The notes under the pieces were generated by a model. The model was not told the origin of the DNA and did no database searches. It saw only the letters and a program-made list of their open reading frames with translations. DNA of 50,243 nucleotides from assembly GCA_017857705.1 (NCBI GenBank), contig JAFMCP010000004.1, positions 1-50,243 of the forward strand. The letters run 5' to 3'. This document shows positions 21,717-31,879 of this stretch, piece after piece. The translations under genes were made by a program, and so were the position numbers. The DNA comes from Candidatus Nanopelagicales bacterium (lineage in GTDB: Bacteria; Actinomycetota; Actinomycetes; S36-B12). The stretch's first letter is position 1; each line of letters starts with the position of its first letter.

Positions 21717-23786
21717 TCATTTTTGTGAATTGGCTAAGGATTTCATTGTTGCGGAGGCCACAGCGGCGGGTGTAATGCCGAACTCTTCGAAGAGCACTGA
21801 GGCGCTTGCGCTCGCACCGAAGTGATCAAGGCCAACTACCTGACCGTGTGCTCCAACAAATCGGTACCAGCCGAAAGTCGCTCCAGCTTCCACCGCAACT
21901 CGAGCAGTGACACTTGGTGGCAAAACCTCATCGCGATAAGTCTGCGATTGTTCATCAAACCACTCAATGCAGGGCATTGAAACCAATTGCACTGTCACAC
22001 CCTGGGCGTTCAGGATCTCCTTTGCTGCCAGCGCAATGCTGACCTCAGATCCAGTTGCGATGAGAAGGACTTTGGGGTCTGGGTCGCTTACAAGGACGTA
22101 TCCACCCTTGGAAACGCCTGAAGCAATCTCGGCGTAGTCATTATCTAGATGAGGCACATCTTGACGCGACAGAATGAGACCAACGGGGACTCGACGTTTG
22201 ATGTTCTCAACCCACGCGGCTGCCGTTTCATTTGCATCGGCTGGTCGAACAACACTCAGGCCCGGTATTGCGCGCAGGGCCCACAGGTGCTCAACAGGTT
22301 GATGTGTTGGGCCATCTTCACCTAATCCAATTGAATCGTGGGTCCAGACATAAGTGACATCAGTTTGCATAAGTGCCGCGAGCCGAACTGAACCACGCAT
22401 GTAATCGCTGAATACCAGAAAGGTCCCCCCAAACGGGCGGGTCAATCCATCCAGTGCAATTCCATTGAGCGCCGCACCCATCGCGTGCTCCCGAATGCCG
22501 AAGTGAATATTGCGCCCGTAGGGTGAAGCGTTCACATTGAAGTAAGGCAGGAAACTCGGTGAGTCATCGATCCAAGTGTTATTCGATTCGGCTAGATCGG
22601 CTGAGCCGCCCCACATTTCAGGTAGCCTGGCGGCGAGGGCATTGATTGCCTGACCGGATGCTTTCCGTGTTGAGGTTGCCCCACCGGCTTTAAACCTGGG
22701 GATCTTCAAGTCAAAGTCCGCGGGTAGTGCTTTGGCAAGAAGTCGGTCCAGCAGTGTGGCTGCCTCTACATGATCACCACGCCAGGTTAAAAAATTCTGG
22801 TCCCAAACTTTTCGGGTGTCTGCGACACGTTGATTGAGGTTGCCCCGCAAGCGACCTAAGAGCTCGGAATCAAATGCAAAACTTTCCTCTGGATTGAGTC
22901 CGAGTTCGACTTTGATTGCCGCTACTTCTTCCGCGCCGAGTGCTGATCCATGTGATTTCGCTGTACCTCGGGCGTTGGGAGCGGGCCACGCAATTGTGGT
23001 GCGCATCCGAATAAAACTCGGGAGTTCGGTGTTGTTGGCTGCTGCGACCATGGCGGCGTGCAGTGCCGGGACATTCACGTCACCGTTCGCGAGCATGTCC
23101 ACTTCGTGAACATCCCATCCGTATGCTCGATATCGCTCTGACACATTCTCGGTGAAAGCAACTTCAGTATCACCTTCGATCGAGATTCGGTTGTCGTCCC
23201 AGATCACATTAAGGTGCCCCAATTTCTGGGTTCCAGCCAGGGAGCACGCCTCTCCGGAGATACCCTCTTGTAGGTCTCCATCGGAGGCGATAACCCACAC
23301 CCGGTGTGCGAAGGGTGCATCAGGGAAAAGACCAGCTTCGAAGCGTTCTGACATGGCCATCCCGACCGCGGTGGAAACACCTTGACCAAGTGGACCCGTT
23401 GTAGTTTCAACACCCACGGTGTGGCCAAACTCTGGGTGACCCGGAGTCAAACTGCCTTTGGTGCGGAAGGATTTTAGATCTTCCATTGTCAATCCATAGC
23501 CGCACAGAAATAGTTGCGAGTACACGGTCAGGCTTGAGTGGCCCGCAGAGAGAATAAAACGATCGCGGCCCAGCCACGAAGGGTCACTTGGATCATGGTT
23601 CATTATCTTGTTAAACAGAAGATAAGCGGCAGGAGCAAGACTCATTGCCGTACCAGGGTGGCCGTTTCCCACTTTTTGTACCGCGTCGGCAGCTAATGCC
23701 CTAAGGAAGTCGACGGATTTTTGATCGTCCGCAGTCCAATCAAGTTGGGGGCTGAGTTGGGTTGGGTCTAAGGGCACCATGGTCAT
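21717..23786 (-). CDS. tkt: Transketolase
   Basis: GHPG, DRFILSAGH, TTGPLGQG, SDGDLQEG, FGIREHAM and THDSIGLGEDGPTHQP motifs. Confidence 0.99.
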   Translation of the reverse strand: MTMVPLDPTQLSPQLDWTADDQKSVDFLRALAADAVQKVGNGHPGTAMSLAPAAYLLFNKIMNHDPSDPSWLGRDRFILSAGHSSLTVYSQLFLCGYGLTMEDLKSFRTKGSLTPGHPEFGHTVGVETTTGPLGQGVSTAVGMAMSERFEAGLFPDAPFAHRVWVIASDGDLQEGISGEACSLAGTQKLGHLNVIWDDNRISIEGDTEVAFTENVSERYRAYGWDVHEVDMLANGDVNVPALHAAMVAAANNTELPSFIRMRTTIAWPAPNARGTAKSHGSALGAEEVAAIKVELGLNPEESFAFDSELLGRLRGNLNQRVADTRKVWDQNFLTWRGDHVEAATLLDRLLAKALPADFDLKIPRFKAGGATSTRKASGQAINALAARLPEMWGGSADLAESNNTWIDDSPSFLPYFNVNASPYGRNIHFGIREHAMGAALNGIALDGLTRPFGGTFLVFSDYMRGSVRLAALMQTDVTYVWTHDSIGLGEDGPTHQPVEHLWALRAIPGLSVVRPADANETAAAWVENIKRRVPVGLILSRQDVPHLDNDYAEIASGVSKGGYVLVSDPDPKVLLIATGSEVSIALAAKEILNAQGVTVQLVSMPCIEWFDEQSQTYRDEVLPPSVTARVAVEAGATFGWYRFVGAHGQVVGLDHFGASASASVLFEEFGITPAAVASATMKSLANSQK

Positions 23787-23898
23787 GCGTGAAGTCTATT
23801 GGGGAATGTGTGTCACTTTGCGAGCGATAAGAATTGTGTCAGCTTTTGATCAGTGACCACAAAGGGCCCGTTGGCACTTGATTGAGTATGTTAGGCAC

Positions 23899-24804
23899 GT
23901 GGGAGATCAGGGATTACGTGAACGTCTCGCCCCATATTTCTGGGTGACCAAACCTCGAATCGTTGAGTTGCTCCTAGCGACGGCTGTCCCAACACTATTC
24001 CTAGCAGCAGATGGACTCCCCACTGTGATAGCAACAATTGCGGTAGTAGTTGGTGGGTCGGCTGCGGCTGCTAGCGCAAATACCTACAACAGCATTTATG
24101 ACCGTGACATTGATGCCGTCATGCATCGGACTGGTAGTCGTCCGATGGCATCTGGGGTTATCAGTGTTCGCGCTGGGCTCGTCCAAGCATCAATTTTAGG
24201 TGCAATCAGTGTTTTGACTTTGGGACTGCTAACTAACTGGCTGGCCGCGTTTCTGGGCTTCTTAGCGATTGTTATGTACGCACTGGGGTACACGATTCTC
24301 CTCAAGCGTTCAACACCTCAAAATATTGTTTGGGGTGGGGCCGCTGGCTGTATGCCGGTTCTTATTGCCTGGGCCGCCGTCACCGGATCACTTAGTTGGA
24401 CCCCAGTGATCTTGTTCCTCATTGTTTTCTTCTGGACACCGGCGCATTACTGGCCACTCGCCATTAAGTACCGGGATGACTATGCAGCAGTGAGCGTTCC
24501 CATGCTCCCTGTTGTCGCCCCGGCTCGGGTAGTTACCCGGAACATCGTTCTGTACGCCGTGGTCATGGTAATCGCCTCGTTGGCTCTTATTCCAGTTGCG
24601 CCAATGGGTTGGGTGTACGGAATTGGATCAATAATTTTGGGGATTTGGTTCGTGGCTATCTCACTCGGGCTCGTCAAGCGCTCGCACAGAGAGAACGCCG
24701 ACTACGAAGAATTGCAGAAACCTGCAATGAAAGTCTTCCACGGCTCAATTACTTACTTAGCGCTACTTTTCTTGTTGATCGGTGTCACGCCTTTTCTTCC
24801 GTGA
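23899..24804 (+). CDS. ctaB: Protoheme IX farnesyltransferase (heme O synthase)
   Basis: TKPRI, DRDIDAVMHRTGSRP, NIVWGGAAG, WTPAH and DDY..VPMLP motifs. GTG 23899 is preceded by TATGTT-N6. Confidence 0.96.
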   Translation: MGDQGLRERLAPYFWVTKPRIVELLLATAVPTLFLAADGLPTVIATIAVVVGGSAAAASANTYNSIYDRDIDAVMHRTGSRPMASGVISVRAGLVQASILGAISVLTLGLLTNWLAAFLGFLAIVMYALGYTILLKRSTPQNIVWGGAAGCMPVLIAWAAVTGSLSWTPVILFLIVFFWTPAHYWPLAIKYRDDYAAVSVPMLPVVAPARVVTRNIVLYAVVMVIASLALIPVAPMGWVYGIGSIILGIWFVAISLGLVKRSHRENADYEELQKPAMKVFHGSITYLALLFLLIGVTPFLP

Positions 24805-24827
24805 GCACGTGAATAACTGACCGATAT

Positions 24828-25781
24828 TCAATGAGATGTGGGCAATTTGTCCGGTGCTAGACCACGCGTGCGCATTGAGAACGGAATAAAGAGAACGGCG
24901 ATCCACGTAATGACAGCACCGAGAACGTGCAAGGCAACGAGCAAACTGGGCAACCCCGTGAAGTATTGGATATAACCAATACTGCCTTGTGTGAGAGTGA
25001 TTACAACCAAGAGAATTGTTCTTTTCCGCATTGAACCAGTGCTTTTGAAAAGCATAAGTGTGACCACCAGTCCGATGAGTAACCCTATGAAGAGAAACAC
25101 AGAATCGGCGTGCATCCACGAGACCGTTTGTGGGTCAAAAGAGAATCGAGATTCAACCTCAGCATCACCGCTATGTGGCCCGCTGCCCGTTGTGATCACT
25201 CCCAAGACGACAACGACAGCGGCAACACCTACGAGTAACCACGTGAGGAAGCGGACCGGTTTAGGGGCAAGGTAACGAATTGGATGGTCACCAGGGTCAC
25301 CTGAGCGAGCAACGAGAGCCACGGCGGCCGCTACAAGTGCCATTGAGACTAAGAAGTGTGCTGAAACAATTAGTGGATTAAGGCCTGTAAGTACGGTGAT
25401 TCCGCCAAGAACAGCTTGAGCAGCGGTACCAACAAAAGGAATGATCGCTAAAACAATGATGGCGCGGCGCTGCGGCACGCCTGATCGTTTACGTGAAACA
25501 GCGTTAGCAATGACGGCAACGAGAACGGCAATAGCAATAATCACCAAGACAAACGTAAGCAGGCGATTCCCAAATTCAATGAACTTATGGATACCTTCTT
25601 CTTGTCGGATGGTTGGCGTGTACGAACCTTCGACACACTGGGGCCACGTCGGGCAGCCGAGGCCTGATCCCGTTAGACGCACAACCGCACCCGTCACGAT
25701 GATTCCCGCCTGGGCGACAAGATTGGCGACAAAAATCCCGCGAATCCAACGTGGGAAAGTTACCTGATTCACGGTCGTCAT
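24828..25781 (-). CDS. ctaA: Heme A synthase, COX15/CtaA family
   Basis: VRLTGSGLGCPTWPQC, EFGNR, QAVLGG, AHF, SGPHSGD, and further His-bearing TM helices. Confidence 0.92.
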   Translation of the reverse strand: MTTVNQVTFPRWIRGIFVANLVAQAGIIVTGAVVRLTGSGLGCPTWPQCVEGSYTPTIRQEEGIHKFIEFGNRLLTFVLVIIAIAVLVAVIANAVSRKRSGVPQRRAIIVLAIIPFVGTAAQAVLGGITVLTGLNPLIVSAHFLVSMALVAAAVALVARSGDPGDHPIRYLAPKPVRFLTWLLVGVAAVVVVLGVITTGSGPHSGDAEVESRFSFDPQTVSWMHADSVFLFIGLLIGLVVTLMLFKSTGSMRKRTILLVVITLTQGSIGYIQYFTGLPSLLVALHVLGAVITWIAVLFIPFSMRTRGLAPDKLPTSH

Positions 25782-25799
25782 GGCATCACCTTAAGTTGC

Positions 25800-26531
25800 T
25801 CAGCGCCACTTGAAAAATCGAGAAGCCAGCAAGTGACCTGAGATACCCCACACCACGAGGGTGGACATGGCCTTAATCACATTGACGCCAGAGATTTCAC
25901 TGGCGTCTGTTGTCGAAAATTGGATTAGATCCTTGAGAGCCAGCGGAGGAAAAAATTCCAAGACGTTCGAGATACTGGTGCCAAAGGTGAAAATGATGCC
26001 ACCAAACATTAGTACAACCACGAAGATTCCATTAGCGATTGCCAGTACGGCCTCCGCTCGCAAGGTACCTGCAAGAAGGTAAGCGAAACCGCTAACACTA
26101 AAAACCCCGAGCACCATCCAGAGTGGGACGAGAAGGGCGAGGGGTGTTGGAGTCCAACCGAGAATAATTGCCGCGAAGAAGGTGAACAAGCCAGCAAATA
26201 ATGCAAGCAGAAAACTTCCGAGGCTCTTGGCGAGTACTACTTCTCGACGCGTTAGTGAAGTTGTACCCAGGAAGACCAGCGTTTCGCTACGACGTTCAAA
26301 TGCGGTTGCGATTGCCAAGGACGTGAAACCTGCAGCAAAGGTTGAAACGGTGAGCACCGTTGCGAGTGCTAATGGAAGTTCTGTTTCGTCCCCTCCGATA
26401 ATCGTTGTCTGTGCTAAAACGAAAAGAATCACTATGGGAATCAGTACGAGCAACAAGATCTGTTCGGAATTGCGCGCATTCAGCAAGAATTCCCATTTGG
26501 TTTGTATGAAGAGGCGTCGGGTTGAAATCAT
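25800..26531 (-). CDS. ABC-2 type transporter permease
   Basis: RNSEQILL and FTSLAIATAFERR motifs, about six TM helices, C-terminal FFKWR. Overlaps the upstream ATPase gene. Confidence 0.9.
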   Translation of the reverse strand: MISTRRLFIQTKWEFLLNARNSEQILLLVLIPIVILFVLAQTTIIGGDETELPLALATVLTVSTFAAGFTSLAIATAFERRSETLVFLGTTSLTRREVVLAKSLGSFLLALFAGLFTFFAAIILGWTPTPLALLVPLWMVLGVFSVSGFAYLLAGTLRAEAVLAIANGIFVVVLMFGGIIFTFGTSISNVLEFFPPLALKDLIQFSTTDASEISGVNVIKAMSTLVVWGISGHLLASRFFKWR

Positions 26532-27487
26532 TGGGAGCCATTTTCGAGAAGAATATCTTCAATCTCTGCGAGGATACCACCGCGTTCGCGTACGTTAACT
26601 TGCGTGACTTCGGCACCAATTTGGGCACAAAAATTCATAACCGACGTTATAAATGCGGCATCAATTGACGTATTACTCGTGATTGAGTAATGACCGTTCA
26701 TCTTTTCCGAGATGACAACATCTTCAGCGAGCGCGTTGCGCAAACCTGTGAGGTCGATATTTGCCCTGCTGGTGAAAGTCATGTAATGGGAAGACGTCAC
26801 AGTCATGCTGGCTGAATCAAAACCCACTCGACCAGCTTTGAGGGCAATTACCCGACCGTTCATGGTTTCTAGATCTTCAAGAATATGAGTTGACACCAGC
26901 AGCGTGCTTTGATGGGGAACGACCTGAGCCAACACGTCGTAGAGATCACGTCGGCCTTGCGGATCTAAACCAGCCGTGGGTTCATCGAGAATCACAATTG
27001 GTGTACCGGCGATGAGAGCTGCTGCGCACTTAAGCCTTTGCAACTCACCACCCGAAAGGTTTTTAACAAGAGTTTTTGTTGTGAGTGAGAACGCTTCTGT
27101 CAGAAAACCAACAGTTGGTCGGCCAGCAGGACTCGGAGTGTCCGAATAAAGGTCATTAAGGTAGTTGAGCAATGCCACTGGTTTTGCGCTGGGATAAGGG
27201 CGACCGTCTTGCAGAGCCACGCCAACTTGATTCAGGCCGGCTGAGCGCCAGTGATTCGGACTACGGCCAAACACCCAGACATTTCCAGAGTTGGGTGTCC
27301 GTAGGCCGGCAATTGTTTCCAATAATGTCGTTTTCCCGGCTCCATTATTTCCAACGATTGCCGTAATACCAGGTCCAAAATCAATATTCACTTCGGAAAT
27401 GCCACCACCGCTTGGGTAGGTGACGCTTAAGTTTTCGCACGTTATTGCCCAAGTGGACACCTCGGATTGAGGCTGATTGCTGGGCAT
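26528..27487 (-). CDS. ABC transporter ATP-binding protein
   Basis: GNNGAGKTT, LSGGE, ILDEPTAGLD and STH motifs. Confidence 0.92.
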   Translation of the reverse strand: MPSNQPQSEVSTWAITCENLSVTYPSGGGISEVNIDFGPGITAIVGNNGAGKTTLLETIAGLRTPNSGNVWVFGRSPNHWRSAGLNQVGVALQDGRPYPSAKPVALLNYLNDLYSDTPSPAGRPTVGFLTEAFSLTTKTLVKNLSGGELQRLKCAAALIAGTPIVILDEPTAGLDPQGRRDLYDVLAQVVPHQSTLLVSTHILEDLETMNGRVIALKAGRVGFDSASMTVTSSHYMTFTSRANIDLTGLRNALAEDVVISEKMNGHYSITSNTSIDAAFITSVMNFCAQIGAEVTQVNVRERGGILAEIEDILLENGSQ

Positions 27488-27537
27488 GGATGCAGTCTAG
27501 GGTTGCTCTACCTACCCCCACCGGTTGCATAGATTCG

Positions 27538-27567
27538 GAATTAGGCAACAATAGTGTTGTGAAATTC
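27538..27567. promoter_or_regulatory. Palindromic putative SufR operator overlapping the -10 element and start codon of sufR
   Basis: GAATT-agg-CAACA-atag-TGTTG-tga-AATTC has two perfectly inverted 5-mer pairs. It contains AACAAT 6 nt before GTG 27559. Confidence 0.7.
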
Positions 27568-28245
27568 CCCGGAGGTGCCGCTGAGCGGGTAGCTCGCGTC
27601 CTGTTAGAGGTAGGTGCTGCGACCGCAGTTGAGTTGTCGCACAATTTGGGGATATCAGTTCAGGCCACCCGCCGTTCACTCAGTGCCCTTCTTGAGGCAG
27701 GTTTTGTGGAGTCACATGAGCGGACCCCATTTGGCCCAACACCCACACGAGGACGGGGGAGACCTAGTGGGACCTACTCGTTAACTCCTCTGGGTCGTAG
27801 TGCCTGTGACCAGAGTTATGACGATTTGGCCTTAGAAAGCCTGCGTTTTATCGATCGGTCATTTGGTCGAGAGGCCGTCCGGGCTTTCGCCGCAGATCGC
27901 GCCGCACGCATAACCGCTGGTGGGGACATCTTGTCAATTGTTGAGGTGCTCAACAGCAAGGGATACGCTGCAACATTAGAGCCAGCCTCCGGCAACTCAC
28001 ACTCAAGTCAACTGTGTCAGCATCACTGCCCTGTCGTAGCGGCAGCAAGTGAATTTCCGGAATTGTGCGAAGAGGAAACAAACGCATTTAGTGCAGCGCT
28101 AGGTCAACACGTCACGCGACTAGCCACATTGGCTCAAGGCGATCGCATTTGTACAACATTGATTCCCAATCAGGCATTTGAACAGGTAATGCAGGTAAAA
28201 CAACAGACTCGCAAACTGCGGGAAAATCGAGAGGTATCACTATGA
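27559..28245 (+). CDS. sufR: Fe-S cluster biosynthesis regulator SufR
   Basis: N-terminal wHTH, RGRGRP, and Cys ligands in QHHCPV..ELCEEE..ICTT. Directly upstream of sufB. Confidence 0.9.
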   Translation: MKFPGGAAERVARVLLEVGAATAVELSHNLGISVQATRRSLSALLEAGFVESHERTPFGPTPTRGRGRPSGTYSLTPLGRSACDQSYDDLALESLRFIDRSFGREAVRAFAADRAARITAGGDILSIVEVLNSKGYAATLEPASGNSHSSQLCQHHCPVVAAASEFPELCEEETNAFSAALGQHVTRLATLAQGDRICTTLIPNQAFEQVMQVKQQTRKLRENREVSL

Positions 28246-29675
28246 GCACAACGATCCCCAATGCCAAGAGTGAGCAAGATGCCACTATCGAGGCCCTCGG
28301 AAATTATGAGTACGGCTGGAGTGATGCCAGTGATGCCGGTGCAAATGCACGTCGGGGTATCAACGAAGACGTCGTTCGTGATATTTCTGCTAAAAAGAAT
28401 GAGCCGCAGTGGATGCTGGACCTACGGCTCAAGGGCTTAAAGCTGTTTGAAAAGAAGCCAATGCCGCACTGGGGTTCTGATCTCACTGGGATTCACTTTG
28501 ACACGATCAAGTATTTCGTGCGATCTACGGAGAAGCAGGCAACTGACTGGAATGATCTGCCCGACGACATCAAGAACACCTACGACCGTCTAGGCATTCC
28601 CGAGGCAGAAAAGCAGCGCCTCGTTGGTGGAGTTGCTGCGCAGTACGAGTCGGAAGTTGTCTACCACAAGATCCGTGAGGATCTTGAAGAGCTTGGTGTC
28701 CTTTTCCTTGATACCGATACTGCTCTGCGTGAGCATGAAGACATTTTTAAGGAATATTTCGGATCGGTCATTCCTGTAGGAGATAACAAGTTCGCGGCTC
28801 TGAACACTTCAGTGTGGTCGGGTGGGTCCTTTATCTATGTTCCTAAGGGCGTACACATCGATATTCCACTGCAGGCTTATTTCCGGATTAATACCGAAAA
28901 CATGGGCCAGTTTGAGCGAACGCTCATTATTGTCGACGAAGGTGCCTACGTGCACTACGTAGAGGGCTGTACGGCTCCCATTTATTCCAGTGATTCACTG
29001 CACTCGGCTGTTGTCGAGATCATCGTGAAAAAAGGCGGACGCTGCCGGTACACGACAATCCAAAACTGGTCGACAAACGTGTACAACCTGGTGACCAAGA
29101 GGGCCATTGCACACGAAGGTGCAACCATGGAATGGGTCGATGGAAACCTTGGGAGCAAGGTCACAATGAAATACCCAGCGGTCGTAATGACCGGTGAACA
29201 TGCGCGGGGCGAAACCCTGTCCATTGCATTTGCCGGAGCGGGGCAACACCAAGACGCTGGAGCCAAGATGGTTCACGCTGCTCCCCACACCTCCTCCTCG
29301 ATCATTAGCAAATCGGTTGCCCGCGGTGGCGGTCGGACAAGTTACCGTGGATTGGTTCAGGTTCTTGAGGGCTCGCACCATTCCAAGAGCACCGTGAAAT
29401 GTGATGCCCTGCTGGTTGATGACATCAGTCGATCCGACACATACCCCTACGTGGATGTACGTGAAGATGACGTGCAGATGGGACATGAAGCTACGGTCTC
29501 AAAAGTCAGCGAAGAACAGTTGTTCTACTTGATGACACGTGGACTAAGTGAAGACGAAGCGATGGCAATGATCGTTCGTGGATTCGTAGAACCCATTGCT
29601 CGTGAACTACCAATGGAGTACGCCATTGAACTTAATCGTTTGATTGAACTTCAAATGGAAGGGGCTGTTGGGTGA
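28242..29675 (+). CDS. sufB: Fe-S cluster assembly protein SufB
   Basis: [33 protein letters not shown] and HEATVSKV motifs. At 477 aa it is too short to carry an intein. Confidence 0.98.
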   Translation: MSTTIPNAKSEQDATIEALGNYEYGWSDASDAGANARRGINEDVVRDISAKKNEPQWMLDLRLKGLKLFEKKPMPHWGSDLTGIHFDTIKYFVRSTEKQATDWNDLPDDIKNTYDRLGIPEAEKQRLVGGVAAQYESEVVYHKIREDLEELGVLFLDTDTALREHEDIFKEYFGSVIPVGDNKFAALNTSVWSGGSFIYVPKGVHIDIPLQAYFRINTENMGQFERTLIIVDEGAYVHYVEGCTAPIYSSDSLHSAVVEIIVKKGGRCRYTTIQNWSTNVYNLVTKRAIAHEGATMEWVDGNLGSKVTMKYPAVVMTGEHARGETLSIAFAGAGQHQDAGAKMVHAAPHTSSSIISKSVARGGGRTSYRGLVQVLEGSHHSKSTVKCDALLVDDISRSDTYPYVDVREDDVQMGHEATVSKVSEEQLFYLMTRGLSEDEAMAMIVRGFVEPIARELPMEYAIELNRLIELQMEGAVG

Positions 29676-30796
29676 GAGCTCCCACGGTTGCTCCTGCAAC
29701 AGACTTGGCCCCTCGGATTTATTCGCGTGAAATTGGGGATTTTGATGTCCCTAAAGGACGTGAAGAAGAGTGGCGCTTTGCACCGATAAGGAAATTGTCT
29801 AGTTTTTTCGAACCAGAAAACTGGGGGAGTGTTGGGATCAGTGGGGAACACGATGCAACAGTTGAATACGTAGAAATCAGTGATCCGAGGTTGTCGCAGT
29901 CTTGGATGCCAACAGATCGCCCGAGTGCAATTGCTCGGGCGCAGGCAACGCATGCCGTCCTTGTGACTATTGCAAAGGAGTCTGTTCACTCCAGCCCGAT
30001 TGTTGTGAATCTGAAGAATGCAGGAGAGAACAACTATCTTCATGTTGAAGTTCACGCCGGTCCATTCTCCAAGTCGCAGGTAGTGCTAATCCATGACACA
30101 ACTGGAAATGTCAGCGGATCCATGCTCTCAATCTTGGGCGATCAAGCAGAGTTAACGATGTTGTCCGTCATCGATGCGGATACAGCAGTAATGCAACACG
30201 TGCATTGGTTTACCGAAGTTGGACGAGACGCGAACTTCCTGGGCCTGTCAATCACCCTCGGTGGCGGCGTTATTCGCACGGTGCCCACATTGACGTATCG
30301 AGCTCCGGGTGGAAAAGGACAAATACTAGGTGCTTTTTTACTCACGGGCGATCAGTTTCAAGAGCATCGGATGCTTGTTGACCACACGCAACCTCACTGT
30401 GTAAGTAATGTCATCTACAAGGGTGCTCTGAGCGGTGAAGGTGCCCACTCAGTTTGGATTGGCGATGTCCTTGTTCGGCGCGAGGCAGTCGGGATTGAGA
30501 CCTATGAGCTGAATCGAAATTTGTTACTCACAGACGGGCCTCGGGCTGACTCCGTTCCCAACTTGGAATTAGAAACTGGCGATGTCCTGAGCGCGGGTCA
30601 CGCGAGTGCCACAGGTCGATTCGATGACGAGCAGTTGTTCTACCTGCAATCACGAGGGATCCCCGAATCGGTCGCCCGTCAACTAGTTGTCCGAGGGTTC
30701 TTTGTCGATGTTCTTAGTAAAATCGATGATCCTGATCTGAGTGGTTCGTTGATGCGCCGGATTGAGTCGAAGCTTGGAATTATCGATCATGAGTAA
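29672..30796 (+). CDS. sufD: Fe-S cluster assembly protein SufD
   Basis: [22 protein letters not shown] and FYLQSRGI motifs. Confidence 0.95.
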   Translation: MRAPTVAPATDLAPRIYSREIGDFDVPKGREEEWRFAPIRKLSSFFEPENWGSVGISGEHDATVEYVEISDPRLSQSWMPTDRPSAIARAQATHAVLVTIAKESVHSSPIVVNLKNAGENNYLHVEVHAGPFSKSQVVLIHDTTGNVSGSMLSILGDQAELTMLSVIDADTAVMQHVHWFTEVGRDANFLGLSITLGGGVIRTVPTLTYRAPGGKGQILGAFLLTGDQFQEHRMLVDHTQPHCVSNVIYKGALSGEGAHSVWIGDVLVRREAVGIETYELNRNLLLTDGPRADSVPNLELETGDVLSAGHASATGRFDDEQLFYLQSRGIPESVARQLVVRGFFVDVLSKIDDPDLSGSLMRRIESKLGIIDHE

Positions 30797-31118
30797 TCAA
30801 TTGATTTTGGGTGTTGTGTCTGACGTGCCGGTCGGGACTGCGCGTCAGTTCGACGTTGATGGTGACTTAATCGTTGTCGTAAACACCACTGAGGGCATGT
30901 TCGCGCTGGAAGATCGATGCTCCCACTCTGACGTGGCTCTCTCTGAAGGTGATGTGGATGGGTGCCTTATTGAATGTTGGTTGCACGGTTCAGCTTTTGA
31001 TGTTCGCACCGGCATACCTACCTCGCTGCCTGCTATCACTCCGGTCAAAACTTATTCAGTGTCTACCGACGTAACAGATCCCAATAGTCCGATTCTTATC
31101 ACGAAAGGCACGAATTAA
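30789..31118 (+). CDS. Rieske-type ferredoxin of the suf operon
   Basis: CSH..LSEG..ECWLHGS.FD motif. ATG 30789 overlaps the sufD end. Confidence 0.92.
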   Translation: MSNQLILGVVSDVPVGTARQFDVDGDLIVVVNTTEGMFALEDRCSHSDVALSEGDVDGCLIECWLHGSAFDVRTGIPTSLPAITPVKTYSVSTDVTDPNSPILITKGTN

Positions 31119-31879
31119 TGAGCAGGCTAACTATTACCGATTTACATGCAAGTGTGATAACAGAAGATGGTGACACGCCGATCCTCCGTGGAGTGTCACT
31201 CGTTGTTGAGTCTGGTACTACTAACGCGATTATGGGTCCCAACGGATCAGGTAAAAGCACATTGGCGTACGTGATCGCAGGTCACCCTAAATACACGGTC
31301 ACCTCTGGATCAATTGATCTTGATGGTCAAGATGTTCTCGCGATGTCCGTTGATGAACGCGCGCGGGCCGGTCTATTTCTTGCAATGCAGTACCCGGTTG
31401 AAATTCCTGGCGTTTCGGTTTCTAACTTTTTGCGTACTTCGATAACGGCCTTGAAAGGTGAGGCCCCCAAACTTCGTACCTGGACAAAGGACATGAAGGA
31501 GGCAATGGCGGATTTGCAGATGGATCCTGGTTTTGCCACCCGCAATGTTAATGAAGGATTCTCTGGCGGGGAAAAAAAGCGACACGAGATTCTTCAATTA
31601 GGGCTGATGCAACCAAAGATCGCGGTCTTGGATGAAACGGATTCTGGGCTTGATGTTGACGCTCTTAAGATCGTAAGCGAAGGGGTGAATCGCTTTAAGG
31701 AGTCCAGTGACGCTGGGCTACTTCTCATCACACATTACACGCGAATCTTACGGTATATAAAGCCGGATGTTGTACACGTTTTTGTTGACGGGCGAATTGT
31801 GGCAACAGGTGGTCCAGAATTGGCCGACGTTCTGGAGTCCGATGGATACGAGACGTACACTGCTGCGGCGCGTGCGTAA
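31118..31879 (+). CDS. sufC: Fe-S cluster assembly ATPase SufC
   Basis: GPNGSGKST, FLAMQYP, FSGGEKKR, LDETDSGLD and ITHY motifs. Confidence 0.98.
   Translation: MSRLTITDLHASVITEDGDTPILRGVSLVVESGTTNAIMGPNGSGKSTLAYVIAGHPKYTVTSGSIDLDGQDVLAMSVDERARAGLFLAMQYPVEIPGVSVSNFLRTSITALKGEAPKLRTWTKDMKEAMADLQMDPGFATRNVNEGFSGGEKKRHEILQLGLMQPKIAVLDETDSGLDVDALKIVSEGVNRFKESSDAGLLLITHYTRILRYIKPDVVHVFVDGRIVATGGPELADVLESDGYETYTAAARA

Noticed and set aside
28242-29675. Intein in SufB, as in some mycobacteria
   Set aside because: The 477-aa length and continuous motifs leave no room for one.
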